From Aureliella sp. (lineage in GTDB: Bacteria; Planctomycetota; Planctomycetia; Pirellulales; Pirellulaceae): a DNA stretch of 64,000 nt. A program made the translations under genes and the position numbers. This document shows positions 10,965 to 21,966 of this stretch, piece by piece; the first letter of the stretch is position 1, and every line of letters begins with the position of its first letter. Location of the stretch: assembly GCA_963691875.1 (NCBI GenBank), contig OY829846.1:1248001-1312000 (forward strand), written 5' to 3'. The notes under the pieces are model-generated. The model was not told the DNA's origin, searched no databases, and worked only from the letters and a program-made list of their open reading frames with translations.

Positions 10965-12038
10965 TCAAAAGGCCAGAAACTTTCCTTCCGGATCCATGGC
11001 TTTCTGCACAAGTCGAGCATGGGACCTCCACTCGAGATCACCTAACGCAAGTAGTTCTTCCCTACAATTACTGAGTTCGATTGCTGAATAACCATACTTT
11101 TGAAGTAGTTGATCCAAAGATTCATCTGCTCTTTCCGAATCTTGCCAGACCCAAACAAGTGTCCCACCCGCGGAAAGCCGAAATGAGTCCGATTCCGACA
11201 AATCGCTCGCCAGATCGTCCGCAAAATCGGCGATGGTCGCTGGCGAGGCAGCAACTCTAAGGAGATTTTTTCCATGCTCAGCGCCACGATCCAAAGCAGC
11301 TTTGCCATTTCCTTGGCTAGTGTCTCGTCCAGACAAAAGTGTCTTCGCCCGTTCGGTAACTGCCACCAATGCAGATGACAGTCCAGCGAATTCGCAATCT
11401 AGAAATGCGTCCTGACCGATCTCAAGGCTCGCGATCGGCAAGGGTTCACTGCGCAGGGCCCGAACGCACTGCATTGCATCATCAAAACTCGAGCACTCGA
11501 CTCGCAAACCTAGGTAAGTCTCTGGGGCAGGCAGAACTTTCAAAGTAACTTCTGTCAGCACGCCCAGACGGCCGTAGCTTCCAACCATAAGTTTGGGCAG
11601 GTCAAATCCTGCGGAGTTTTTAACGACTTTGCCACCTCCCCGAACAAGCTCGCCGAGGCCGTCGATCAGCTGAACCTCCATCACAAAGTCTCGAAGGCTT
11701 CCATACAGCAATTGCCTCGGACCGCTGACGCCACCAGCGATCGCACCGCCGATTGTGGACCCCCTTTCGCCCCACAATGGGTCAAAGGGCAAATACTGCC
11801 CCTGCTCAGCTAAAGCCGACACCAACGTATGAAGGGGAGTTCCTGCTAGTGCAGTAATGAGGAACTCCGATGGATCGTAAGTCACAATGCCATTCAAGTT
11901 CGCTGTGGGCAGCATCGAAGTATCAGCCGGTGCAGAAAGCAATCCAGGATACGTTTTATTGCCCTGTGGCAAGATCTTGCTCAAGCTGCGAACAGCAGCC
12001 TGCATTTCGCTGAGCACTTTCATCACCTCACTCCTCAA
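10965..12038 (-). CDS. FAD-binding oxidoreductase, GlcE (glycolate oxidase FAD subunit)-like
   Basis: QGNKT, LPFDP, TIGG, GGKVVKNSAGFDLPKLMVGSYGRLG, C-terminal DPEG. Confidence 0.82.
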   Translation of the reverse strand: MRSEVMKVLSEMQAAVRSLSKILPQGNKTYPGLLSAPADTSMLPTANLNGIVTYDPSEFLITALAGTPLHTLVSALAEQGQYLPFDPLWGERGSTIGGAIAGGVSGPRQLLYGSLRDFVMEVQLIDGLGELVRGGGKVVKNSAGFDLPKLMVGSYGRLGVLTEVTLKVLPAPETYLGLRVECSSFDDAMQCVRALRSEPLPIASLEIGQDAFLDCEFAGLSSALVAVTERAKTLLSGRDTSQGNGKAALDRGAEHGKNLLRVAASPATIADFADDLASDLSESDSFRLSAGGTLVWVWQDSERADESLDQLLQKYGYSAIELSNCREELLALGDLEWRSHARLVQKAMDPEGKFLAF

Positions 12039-12937
12039 ATTGCTGCATTCCTGACTGCCTGCTCAATGTAATCCAGCTCCAAGTCTTCTCGCCAGGCTTG
12101 AGACAGGCGATGAAACAGGGAGCCCGTTTCACCGGACGCATAGTTCTGACATCTTCCTCTACATTCGAGCCGACTTGCAAACCAGAGGCAACTCGTCGTG
12201 CCCGTAAGCAACAACTCATCCGCCTGCAAGGTCATATCGAATGAGATGTGCTCGTAACTAACCCGCAAACCCATGGATTCAGCCAGCCTCAAGCTTCTCC
12301 TTAGACTCACGCCTTGCAAAATGGAATCCGGCGGCGGCGAAAGAAGCTTGCCATCATGTAGCAGAAGAATGTTCGCTGCAGAGGTTTCGGTAAGGCCTTC
12401 GTCAGCATTAGGCAATAAGCCAGCAGCCAGCTCATTGCCCGTCTGTTCTCGAGCCTGGCGATCTGCAAGATAGTATTGTAATCGCGAGCGCGTCTTGATC
12501 TGTGGGGACCAGCACTCGGCTGGTACGCTTTGAGCATCACTCACCACTAGTTCTTGGCCAACGCTGGTCAAGCTCGCAATTCTGGCCCAAGGCAACGGCT
12601 GAGCATGAACAAGCAAAGTTGGCTTGTCGGCAACTCCCGGTGTTGCCATCCAAACAATCGCCAGCTCTTCCTCTTCCAACATCTCGAAGTGCCGCTGCAA
12701 GCACTCAGTGGATAATTCCTCGAGTGACCAGCTGGCAGGCAGCTCGATCCCAAGTTGCCTACATGCCGATTCAAACCGTTCGCGATGTGCTGCCAAGTCT
12801 ATCAGCGAGGCATTGGCAGTTCGTAGCCGCTCCACAACGCTCGCCCCTTGAAGCACGCCAAGATCAGATAGAGACAGCCCTACCTCCGTCTGAGGCAACC
12901 AGCTTCCGCTGGACCAGGCAAACCATTGAACAGACAA
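12035..12937 (-). CDS. Aminotransferase class IV (PabC/IlvE/D-amino acid aminotransferase fold)
   Basis: H-x-x-R (HRER), PLP lysine in IKTRS, ETSAANI, ILQGVS, ADELLLTGT; 4-nt overlap with the downstream gene. Confidence 0.85.
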   Translation of the reverse strand: MSVQWFAWSSGSWLPQTEVGLSLSDLGVLQGASVVERLRTANASLIDLAAHRERFESACRQLGIELPASWSLEELSTECLQRHFEMLEEEELAIVWMATPGVADKPTLLVHAQPLPWARIASLTSVGQELVVSDAQSVPAECWSPQIKTRSRLQYYLADRQAREQTGNELAAGLLPNADEGLTETSAANILLLHDGKLLSPPPDSILQGVSLRRSLRLAESMGLRVSYEHISFDMTLQADELLLTGTTSCLWFASRLECRGRCQNYASGETGSLFHRLSQAWREDLELDYIEQAVRNAAI

Positions 12938-13189
12938 TCAACCGACTTTGTACAAAAAAGTTCCATTGGCACTAGGATCGCTGAGAACAGGCGTGAAGCG
13001 ACGAAGCCCTCCTGTCAGAACTTGCAGATTTCCTCCACAACCCGCAGCGTTAGCTGGGCAATAGACTCCAATCTCCTCGCTCGGGCGTCAAGCTGTGATC
13101 GAGCAGCGAACCACCTCAGAAGCTTAACACGCAGAGCCGTTCAAGCGTAGCCTGGGCCCGGTGCTCGCATTCCATCGGGCATTTCGAGT

Positions 13190-14488
13190 TCAACGTCCTC
13201 CTGGAAGGAGTTGCCCAATCAAACGCGACAAACAGCGTTGGAACGGCTGGCAATCAATTAGATAGGCGAGCTCAGCGTGACTGCGACCAACCCATTTGGT
13301 GCAGTCGAACTGTCGAAGTTGAATAGTCGGGTTGGCTTGCCGATATCCTAGCAGACCTGCGAATCCGGCGGCGATGGGAGCGTGTTCGCGATCCAAGAAT
13401 CGGAACCGCTTCAGCGCGACATCCGACGAATTGTACAAATTGTCCAAACAGTCAACTTGATCCAAAGCATGCGAGTACTGACGATTAGCAGCAAGGTCAG
13501 AACGATCGATAGCCGCAGCCAGAAAAACAACGTTCAGCTCCGGACGCTCTATTCGCGACTCCAGCTGCACGCCCGACAGCTCCCCGCCGGCTTCCAAATG
13601 CAGGGCACCGCAAGCCACTCCCGTTCCAAAGCTATACCCAATCACCCCCATGGGATGCCCCTGAGGAACATATCGTAGCACCTGTGTTAAGTAGTAGGAT
13701 TCAGCGTTCAGTCGTGACCGCTTCTTCTTAACATCTTTCGCAAGGCCGGAATCTCGATCAGAGTCCCACGAGTAGATCAGGAACTGTATCGGCTCTTCAG
13801 TCATTGCCGACAAGCGCCGATAGATTAGCAGACCACGTTGGCGAGCTTTTTCCGCCGATGTCCAATTACCATGGATATAAACAACCGTTCTTCGGTTCGG
13901 CTGTGAGATCGACAATTCACAATCGCTGACAAAAGACACCGCGTCAGTCTCCTGCCATCGCTGGCCGTTAGCGCGGCGAAAGTGAATTTTCGGTAGTGGG
14001 TCTAGGATCGTCCGTGCAGGCAAGCTCCTTGCGTTGACTTCCCAAACCGCGTCGCCACTGCGAATGACGATCGGAGAACTTGGCTGCGGAGCCATGCCAC
14101 CAACTCCCAGAGCCGTCCGAGCGAAAGGCTCTTCCGGAAGTGATGGGGACGCTGCATCATGAGCCCTAGCTTCGGGTAGCACACTTGTTGGACCTAAACT
14201 TAGACTACTGCTAGGCGTCGGCGCTGGCATTTCTGCCACAACAGTATTGTGAGCCTGCCACCTCAAGTCGGGAGCTCTCAGGGATTTGCCGGGCGGAATT
14301 TCGATCAGTCCGGGATTTGCAAATTGCCCAGTCGTCGACTGGGCTTGCAGCGGAGTGTCAATGAAGGAAGTAAACGAAACAATGCCGAGTCCGAGTAAGC
14401 ATACAATCCGGCAGAAGTATTGACACAACGCGGCAGCACGCAGCTGCGCTGTGGTGGCTGCTCTCGGGAGAAGTGGTGAGTGGATCAA
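13190..14488 (-). CDS. Alpha/beta hydrolase (DUF900-like), secreted
   Basis: VYIHGN, YSW, GYSFG nucleophile elbow, LAAAID, YNSSDVAL, late His; start uncertain. Confidence 0.7.
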   Translation of the reverse strand: MIHSPLLPRAATTAQLRAAALCQYFCRIVCLLGLGIVSFTSFIDTPLQAQSTTGQFANPGLIEIPPGKSLRAPDLRWQAHNTVVAEMPAPTPSSSLSLGPTSVLPEARAHDAASPSLPEEPFARTALGVGGMAPQPSSPIVIRSGDAVWEVNARSLPARTILDPLPKIHFRRANGQRWQETDAVSFVSDCELSISQPNRRTVVYIHGNWTSAEKARQRGLLIYRRLSAMTEEPIQFLIYSWDSDRDSGLAKDVKKKRSRLNAESYYLTQVLRYVPQGHPMGVIGYSFGTGVACGALHLEAGGELSGVQLESRIERPELNVVFLAAAIDRSDLAANRQYSHALDQVDCLDNLYNSSDVALKRFRFLDREHAPIAAGFAGLLGYRQANPTIQLRQFDCTKWVGRSHAELAYLIDCQPFQRCLSRLIGQLLPGGR

Positions 14489-15013
14489 GAGGCCTGCCCT
14501 CCTTGTCAGATTGCCGCCATACCTGCCCCTGGACTCCTTGAATCAACGTGTTGACTGAAGCCTGTCTGCTGTTGGGATGAAATCCTAGGAGATCGAACTT
14601 TACTCCTTCAAACTTACATCCGTGTCTTGAAACTCCGTCGCATCCTGCGAAATACCAAACTCAGTTGTGGGTATAGGCGCAAAGCCTGGAGGGTATACAA
14701 GCAAACCCAGAATTGCACCTCTTGGCGATAGCGTGCCTAAGCCCGTCGGCTTATTCAATGCCTCAAAGCCGCGTTGCTAATACCGCTAGTTGTAGCGATT
14801 ATGCCGATGCTTTGCCTTGTGCTACTTGGTGCATATCCTCGCATCCAATGAAAGCAAAGCCGACCGCAAGGGGTATCGTCAGTGGTGATGAGAAAACACC
14901 ACAATGTTGTCAGATTTCATCATGTTTCGTTTGCACTTCGTGTTCCATGTCGTAAGTTTTTCCGGGTCGTCAGAGACTCTGCGGATTGTCGAGACTGTGT
15001 GGAAGGAAAAACG

Positions 15014-15283
15014 ATGAAAAGACTAGCACTGATTGCATTACTGTTGGCTGCGAGCACTGGTTGCCGTGGTGGGATCATCGACCGCTGGTGGCACGGCGAC
15101 ATCTATCGCGGCGATGCGTGTGGCAGCTGTGGCTACAGACTACCCGCTGATCCCGGGTGCAGCTCCTGTGGCACAGCTGCAGGATACGGCACTTATGAAA
15201 CGCCATTAGAGGCCTACCCAACGATAGAAACCACGCCCCCGAGTATGGGGCCTATCGGCGGCGGAACGGGGACTGGTACCTAG
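15014..15283 (+). CDS. Small Cys-rich lipoprotein
   Basis: RBS GGAAGG, MKRLALIALLLAASTGC lipobox, two CxxC motifs (CGSC, CSSC). Confidence 0.7.
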   Translation: MKRLALIALLLAASTGCRGGIIDRWWHGDIYRGDACGSCGYRLPADPGCSSCGTAAGYGTYETPLEAYPTIETTPPSMGPIGGGTGTGT

Positions 15284-15692
15284 TTCTCGCCCCAGATCTG
15301 ACGAACCCAGCAACGGGATTTCTGACGAGCAAGTGTGTGGTGTTTTCGGGGGGAACCACCACCGCTTGCCCGTTGTTTTATGCGCTGGTGTCAAATCTGG
15401 ATGCGGGTTCCCGATTCGCGTTAGGGCGGAAGGCGAGTCAGAATTTACTCGTCCAAGCTCGTATCCATCTAGCATTCCCTCGAGCGAATGCACTTTCCAT
15501 TTGTAGAAGGCCTTCTGCCGATCGCCTCTGCCAGAGATAACGGCAGTATCAGACAGAAATACTTTTGCCTTTCACCATCTTGCCAACAAAAATAGATTGT
15601 GAGGCACAAGCTTTGCGGCGGATGGCCTAACCTTCTCTCTGACAACTCATCGGCAATTTCGTTCCTCTGCATATCACTTCGGATCGAACCTC

Positions 15693-16754
15693 ATGAAGTC
15701 ACTGCTTTCCCTCTACAGTTCGTTGATGCTGGTCCTCGTTTCGTCACCGATTGCAAGGACTCAGGATCAGCCTGCAGACGCGGCAGCGGATGCCAAGCCT
15801 GAAATGCTGACTTATGTCGCCCCCAAAAACATTGAGATGTTGATCGGCGTGAAAGTTAAAGCCGGCAATAGCAACATGGTTGGCACAAAAGCACTGACGG
15901 TGTTTCCCACTGAGTGGCCTGAGCAAAAGGTGGAAGTCGTCGCCGTGAACGTACCTCGCCCTTTCACTTATAGCCTGAGGGAATTACCCGGCAACAACAA
16001 GCAACTTGTACTACAGGCCCGTGGTGCGATTCCCGCGAATTACGAGGTCGAGGCGACAATACAGGTTCGCATTGAAAAGAAACACACAGTTGGTCCCGAT
16101 GATCCAACCACTCTCACCGTTCCACGACGACTCCCTCGTGAGGCGAAGATCTTTATGGGAAATAGTCCCTATATTGAAACCACCAGCGCCGAAGTAAAAC
16201 GAATCGTTCGTGAGATCCTGGCAGAAGAGCCGCTGACCGAGTGGAACAAGATTGAAATGTTTTACGACTGGGTCCGCGAGAATATTCAGTATGAAAATGG
16301 TGACCTGAAGAGTGTAAGACAAGCGTTGCGTGACAGAACAGGCGATTGCGAGGAAATGACCAGTACCTTCGTCGCGCTCTGTCGTGCAGCACGAGTCCCC
16401 GCTCGTTGCGTGTGGATCCCTAATCACTGTTACGCCGAGTTTTACATGCAAGACAAGGAAGGCAAAGGCTACTGGTTTCCTTGCCAGCTAGCGGGAACAC
16501 GCGCATTCGGTTCGATGCCTGAATATCTTCCGATCCTGCAAAAGGGAGATCGATTTAAAGTACCCGAGAAGAAGCAGTTAGAACGCTACTTGGCAGATCA
16601 TCTCAGCGCCGATCGCGTTTCTGGAACAGTTGACCCGAAAGTGACTTTCATTCGCCAGCTACTTGGCGACGCAGCCAAGCTTCCCGCCCCGGACCAGAAT
16701 GGAGCCGCCAATCCTAACGCGGCCGCCCCAGCAGCCGGTGGCTTCAACAACTAG
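15693..16754 (+). CDS. Secreted transglutaminase-like domain protein
   Basis: Signal peptide; GDCEE, LCRAARVPAR, HCYAEFY, WFPCQ. Confidence 0.88.
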   Translation: MKSLLSLYSSLMLVLVSSPIARTQDQPADAAADAKPEMLTYVAPKNIEMLIGVKVKAGNSNMVGTKALTVFPTEWPEQKVEVVAVNVPRPFTYSLRELPGNNKQLVLQARGAIPANYEVEATIQVRIEKKHTVGPDDPTTLTVPRRLPREAKIFMGNSPYIETTSAEVKRIVREILAEEPLTEWNKIEMFYDWVRENIQYENGDLKSVRQALRDRTGDCEEMTSTFVALCRAARVPARCVWIPNHCYAEFYMQDKEGKGYWFPCQLAGTRAFGSMPEYLPILQKGDRFKVPEKKQLERYLADHLSADRVSGTVDPKVTFIRQLLGDAAKLPAPDQNGAANPNAAAPAAGGFNN

Positions 16755-16954
16755 CTCTGCGGTCCTAGTGTTTCGAATCTCTGCAAATGCGTCATAATCT
16801 TTGCCGCGGACCTTCATACTGAATTGCCGACAAAGCGTTTGAGCATTTGCACCGTCTCGCTAACTTGCTGCGAGATTGGGTTCCTGAGTGCACGTTTTCG
16901 TTGCTTCCGCTTCAAGCAATTTTTGCACTTGTGCTCACGGGCCTGAGATCGTCT

Positions 16955-18412
16955 ATGGCAGCAAAGTATCAATTACACCTCGTGCTCTTCTCCGCTTCCG
17001 AGGTCGCGTCCGGGTTTGCTGTGGCTGAACGCATTTGCGCCACTGCGGGATACACAGCCAAGATTACCATCGTGGCCAATTCGACCGCTTCGATGGTGAA
17101 ACAGGTGAAGCTGCGCCGCGATGACTCCGCGTATATGTCCAAGTCGCCGATCGAAGAGTTTGAAGGTGATGCGAAAGACTTCGCACGACAGCTGGACTCT
17201 GAACGAGGCTTGCGACTCGTACTCATTGCAGGACTAGACAAACTCGATGACTTCCGACGCGGTCTTCTCAAAACCTGTCGTCACGGTGTTTCCTGCTTCG
17301 AACCACACCCAAGCCTAGAAGAAGAACCTGAACGGTTCTCCATCGTTGCGGCCAAGCTCTCGACCAACGCGAGTTGGTTCTGCGGCACCGTTCAAGCAAT
17401 TCCAAAGCTCCAAGATCTCGACATTAAGCAGGAATCGCACGCTCCACAGCCAACCGGCGACGCCAAAAACTGGGTAGTCCTTTCCTGCGTGGCAGAAGAC
17501 TTAGATACCGGATTAAGACAAGCGCGTTCGATCATCGAATACGCTGCTGGCCCAGTGTTTCTTTTACGCAAAGAAAAGAGTTCCTGGGTTTGGTTCTGGG
17601 ATGTGAAGCTCCCAAATTTGGTTTCACGCTTTATCCCGCAGATGGAACGTCAACAACGTAAGGACTTGGCCGAGCAGCTTGAGAAATACTCTGGGCTCGA
17701 CTTCGAATTCGTTGCCCTCATATGCTGCTCGACTTTTTTGGCCTCCTTCGGACTGCTACAGAACTCGGCTGCCGTGATCATAGGTGCGATGTTGGTGGCT
17801 CCGCTGATGACGCCGATCCTCGGCGCGGGGCTTTCCATCTCCAACGGCAACCGCCCGCTGTTCCGGAGTAGTTTGCGGAGCATCCTGCTCGGATTCGTTG
17901 CGGCTCTGCTAACCAGTATGTTTTTCGGACTGCTGGTGCGCTTCCTCGTGCCAAGTATTCTCAACTACGAAGAAGGAGCGATTCACCTAACAGAAGAGAT
18001 GTGGTCGCGTTCCCACCCAACTGCAATTGATTTTCTCGTCGGCCTCGTTGGCGGCTCTGCTGCAGCTTTTGCAAGAACACGCACGCACCTCGCCGATGCA
18101 TTGGCTGGCGCCGCTATCGCAGCAGCCTTGGTTCCTCCGATCGCGACCGCTGGTATGCATATTGCATTTCAAGGCATCGAGATCCTTCCACCTGTTGGCT
18201 CGCGAGGTGCTGGGAATCTGATCTATGGGCCTGTGCTGCTATTCATCGCCAACATGTTAACGATCATGATTGGCTCCTCGTTTGTCCTCTGGGCATGTGG
18301 CGTTCGAGCACGTCACGGACATAGCCAAAGTGAAAAATGGGGCACGCGGATGACGTTCTTACTCATCATCCTCATGGTCACCATGCTGGTCTGGATCGTG
18401 CAGCATCCGTGA
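16955..18412 (+). CDS. DUF389 integral membrane protein with N-terminal soluble domain
   Basis: GLLQNSAAVIIGAMLVAPLMTPI and GAAIAAALVPP motifs; ATG start at 16955 assumed. Confidence 0.88.
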   Translation: MAAKYQLHLVLFSASEVASGFAVAERICATAGYTAKITIVANSTASMVKQVKLRRDDSAYMSKSPIEEFEGDAKDFARQLDSERGLRLVLIAGLDKLDDFRRGLLKTCRHGVSCFEPHPSLEEEPERFSIVAAKLSTNASWFCGTVQAIPKLQDLDIKQESHAPQPTGDAKNWVVLSCVAEDLDTGLRQARSIIEYAAGPVFLLRKEKSSWVWFWDVKLPNLVSRFIPQMERQQRKDLAEQLEKYSGLDFEFVALICCSTFLASFGLLQNSAAVIIGAMLVAPLMTPILGAGLSISNGNRPLFRSSLRSILLGFVAALLTSMFFGLLVRFLVPSILNYEEGAIHLTEEMWSRSHPTAIDFLVGLVGGSAAAFARTRTHLADALAGAAIAAALVPPIATAGMHIAFQGIEILPPVGSRGAGNLIYGPVLLFIANMLTIMIGSSFVLWACGVRARHGHSQSEKWGTRMTFLLIILMVTMLVWIVQHP

Positions 18413-18473
18413 TGGAACGCATTGCTCTTGGTGTGGCGAAGCGTGGGATAAGCATCCTGTTTGTAATCTGCCC

Positions 18474-18977
18474 CTACTTTTTGACTGACTTAAACTCTTC
18501 CCACTTGATTCCCACCGGATGCTTATCGGGGTCCAAGCGGGTCGAATGCAGTAATTGGACCTTCCATTCTCCGTCTTCCTTCACCATCACGGCACTTTCC
18601 AGCCACACCACAGTGCGAAGTCCGCCCGCTCTACGAATCTCTGCCTTATTCCAGTAACTCACCCAAGCCACATCGCCATTCTCGCGTACGCGAATTTGCC
18701 TGAAGAAATTCCGTCGCTCATACGGCTTCCCCTTGGGCTGCACTGCCTCTATCAGGCGGTTCATGGACCAATCTTCACCGTGTTCGAGCAACTGAAAATC
18801 CTCTGTCGAAGTCGCTCGCATCGCTTTGCCATCGTGTCTTGCCATCGCAGCGAAGAGTTCTTTCACTGGTTGGAACGAGGGATGATCTTCGGCACACACT
18901 ATTCCCCCGGCAAATAGTGCAACGCCAAAAATAACGCAAGGAAATGGAAGCTTGCTAGCCAAACGGATGCTCTTCAT
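18474..18977 (-). CDS. Secreted NTF2-like (SnoaL/DUF4440) protein
   Basis: Signal peptide, GDVAWVSY, GEWKVQLLHS. Confidence 0.75.
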   Translation of the reverse strand: MKSIRLASKLPFPCVIFGVALFAGGIVCAEDHPSFQPVKELFAAMARHDGKAMRATSTEDFQLLEHGEDWSMNRLIEAVQPKGKPYERRNFFRQIRVRENGDVAWVSYWNKAEIRRAGGLRTVVWLESAVMVKEDGEWKVQLLHSTRLDPDKHPVGIKWEEFKSVKK

Positions 18978-19204
18978 AGGTCTTTCTCACGTGCTTGTGG
19001 ATTCAGCAGAAGCCAGTCTAGTCTCTTCCTCGCAAATGGTTTGCTCGTATCGATGGAAGCGACTGTTAGAAAGGTGTCCTGCTCTCTTATTGTTCGTTTA
19101 CTACGGCTGAATCGGGAAATGGACTGAGGTACAATTGTGAGTCGAGTTTATATCTCAGTTTGATCGTATCCCAAACCGCCATCTTTCTCCCCCTAGTTCT
19201 TGCC

Positions 19205-20569
19205 ATGCGAATCGATTCCGTTTCTCTAGACGTTCTCGTGACCCTCTGCTCGTTGATTTTTGCATGGGGGGCAAACGCGCAAGATTCTCCTTACGACATA
19301 TTTCCTCCCGCAGATCCTCCTTACTATCGTGTTCGGTATGAGGCATCAAAGGAAGAAGGCAAGTTGATCTTTCCGGTTAAGTACACCGTCTGGATTCCCG
19401 ACGGCGTCAGGACGCTGCGTGGGATCGTCGTGCATCAACACGGCTGTGGTGAAGGCTCTTGCAAGTCGGGACTCACAGGTGCATACGATTTACACTGGCA
19501 AGCATTGGCCAGAAAACATGACTGCGCTCTGCTGTCTCCATCCTACGAGCAACCTCAGAAGGCCGATTGTCAGATGTGGTGCGACCCTCGCAATGGATCC
19601 GCTGAAATTTTTGACCGCGCTTTGCGCGAGCTCGGCAAGCTATCGGGTCATCCCGAACTTGCCACTGCACCGCTAGCTCTTTGGGGACACAGTGGTGGCG
19701 GGCACTGGTGCGGTGGAATCGTTATGACGCAGCCTGAACGCGTCGCCGCAGCTTGGCTCCGCTCTGGCGTGCCGCTTTTCGAAGCCAATCCCGAGCGTCC
19801 TGCGATCAAACCTCATTTACTCCTAGACGCTGCACTCAACGTTCCGATGATGTGCAACTTGGGCACCAAAGAAGGAGTCACTTTAAAGGACGGTCGATTT
19901 GCCAAAGTATGGCCAGCAAACGTAGCATTCTTCGAAAAAGTGCGAGGGAGTGGCGGCCTGCTCGGCGTTGCGATTGATCCGCTGACCGCGCACGAATGCG
20001 GCAATTCAAGGTATCTCGCGATTCCTTGGCTGGACCGATGCCTGAGTCTGCGGCTTCCCAAAGAGTTTGGAAAACCTTTGCGACAGATCAAAGTCGATGA
20101 AGTATGGCTCGCCGAGCCGACTAGCCTCACCGCGCTACCCTCCAAAAAATACAAAGGCGATCCGCTCAAGGCTGGTTGGCTTCCCGGCAAAGAAATCGCT
20201 GCCGCCTGGATGCAGTTTCGAACGGATACGAATGTATTTGACTCAACACCGCCCCCTGCACCAACTAGCTTGAAAATTCAAGGGAATCGCTTGATCTGGA
20301 CTGCCATAGCTGATCTCGAAAGTGGGATCGAAAAGTTTAGGATCTTGCGAGATGGCAAGCCCCTAGCCGACGTCACCGGCGCCGGTAAAAACCGTTACGG
20401 GAGGCAGTTATTTCAGAACTTGCAGTACAGCGACACTCCAAGCCAACCGCTCGCTAAGATGGAGTTTGTAGATATGACGGCGAGACTTGGCGTCGAAAGT
20501 AGCTACTCCGTTGTCACTGTGAACACTGCAGGCCTAGAATCCAAGCCAACTCTAGCAATACGGTTATAG
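19205..20569 (+). CDS. Secreted alpha/beta-hydrolase-like protein with C-terminal FN3-like domain
   Basis: HQHGCG, WGHSGGG nucleophile elbow, PPAPTSL...WTA...[13 protein letters not shown]. Confidence 0.7.
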   Translation: MRIDSVSLDVLVTLCSLIFAWGANAQDSPYDIFPPADPPYYRVRYEASKEEGKLIFPVKYTVWIPDGVRTLRGIVVHQHGCGEGSCKSGLTGAYDLHWQALARKHDCALLSPSYEQPQKADCQMWCDPRNGSAEIFDRALRELGKLSGHPELATAPLALWGHSGGGHWCGGIVMTQPERVAAAWLRSGVPLFEANPERPAIKPHLLLDAALNVPMMCNLGTKEGVTLKDGRFAKVWPANVAFFEKVRGSGGLLGVAIDPLTAHECGNSRYLAIPWLDRCLSLRLPKEFGKPLRQIKVDEVWLAEPTSLTALPSKKYKGDPLKAGWLPGKEIAAAWMQFRTDTNVFDSTPPPAPTSLKIQGNRLIWTAIADLESGIEKFRILRDGKPLADVTGAGKNRYGRQLFQNLQYSDTPSQPLAKMEFVDMTARLGVESSYSVVTVNTAGLESKPTLAIRL

Positions 20570-20583
20570 TAGACAATTCACCA

Positions 20584-21312
20584 GATGGAATTGAAGGGTT
20601 TAATCGACCACTTGCAACGCAATGTCTAAATTCACAACCTTAAAAGCTGATCGGTTACAAGCTGCAAAAAGACTTCTCACAGTCAGAGAAACCCTTGGCG
20701 GGCTCGGCTTGCTGGGCCAATGGAGCTGGAGTCTTCGTGCTACCTTCGCTGCGAAAATGAGTTGCTTGTTTGATCCTTGTAAAGTCGACGACTGGTACCA
20801 CACCGACGAAGTTGTCTTCAGCAAGCACAGCAAGCAAATCCAGTTTTATGACGATGCGCGTATCAGAGAGTGCTTTCTAACTTGGGACGATTGCATCGCA
20901 GGAGGCCAATGAATTCCAATATGTCACCGACACGCCCATTTTAAAAGTTTCGGTGCTGCAACATGATGACGTTTACCTAGCGACGGGGTTGAAGGCCGTA
21001 GTTCTAGCCAAATCCGAACGCCTCAATCTACCGCCACTGAGCTTCATCGAATTGTTGAAACCAGAGATGATGCTCGCAAAGTTCACCGTTCGGCAAGATG
21101 CTGCGAGCTGGCTGGTTGTCGAACGGACCGATGGACGAGTCCGCTATGAAATCTATCTGCTTGACGACCAACACGAAGGCGGGTGTGAGTTTGCGACAAC
21201 CGATGAAGCGGACGTGGGAGCGCACAGTATTCTATCTAGAAGGGTTGTTATGCTGAGATGCTCGATATCATTAATGCAGCAGCCAACTGCCGAGGGCAAA
21301 GCTGCAAAGTGA
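20584..21312 (+). pseudogene. Fragmented hypothetical gene(s)
   Basis: Successive short same-strand ORFs in different frames (from ~20585, 20622-20912, 20953-21312) with no recognisable domain. Confidence 0.3.
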
Positions 21313-21351
21313 ACTCCTGAGCCTTCTTCGTCCCAACTTCGCAGAATGTAG

Positions 21352-21966
21352 ATGTCATCGAACGACAATGTGACTCGCTGGATCAAATTGGTTAAGGCCG
21401 GCGACTCCTCTGCCGCCAACCAACTATGGCAACACTATTCGGATCGACTAGTGCATGCTGTGCGAGCCAAACTTTACGGCCGAGAACGCGCCGTTTCTGA
21501 TGAAGAAGATATCGTCCTAAGCGTTTTCGACAGTTTTTATGATGCCGCGCGGCTGGGCCGGTTTCCAGATCTCTCAGACCGCGACGAGTTGTGGCGTCTG
21601 CTAATGCGAATGTCTGCGAGAAAAGTCGTTGACAAGAGGAGAAGTGAAGGAAGAAAAAGACGCGGCGGTGGATTTCAAGCATTCTCGCTGGGTGCTGATG
21701 GTGAAGGAGAGCCGTTCGAACTGATCGCTGATGAGCCATCACCAGAGATGGTGTTCATGATGCAGGAATCCGTCGAGCAACTTTTTTCTCATTTGGGTGT
21801 CGGGCAGCTCCGAGATTTGGCGGTTGCCAAATTAGAAGGCTATTCCAACGCGGAATTGGCTCAGCGCTTCGCCTGCTCAGAACGGACGATTGAGCGTCGA
21901 TTGCACCTGATTCGAGAAAAACTGAAGCAAGAATTGTTTGAGCAAAATGAGCAGGCCCAAGACTAA
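21352..21966 (+). CDS. ECF-type sigma factor (planctomycete kinase-associated type)
   Basis: VTRWI..GDSSAANQLW, DEEDIVLSVFDSF, C-terminal HTH EGYSNAELA...ERTIERRL. Confidence 0.92.
   Translation: MSSNDNVTRWIKLVKAGDSSAANQLWQHYSDRLVHAVRAKLYGRERAVSDEEDIVLSVFDSFYDAARLGRFPDLSDRDELWRLLMRMSARKVVDKRRSEGRKRRGGGFQAFSLGADGEGEPFELIADEPSPEMVFMMQESVEQLFSHLGVGQLRDLAVAKLEGYSNAELAQRFACSERTIERRLHLIREKLKQELFEQNEQAQD

Noticed and set aside
14660..14720. c-di-GMP-I riboswitch (GCGCAAAGCC)
   Set aside because: No GGCAAAC/GNRA P2 element or closing stem could be found
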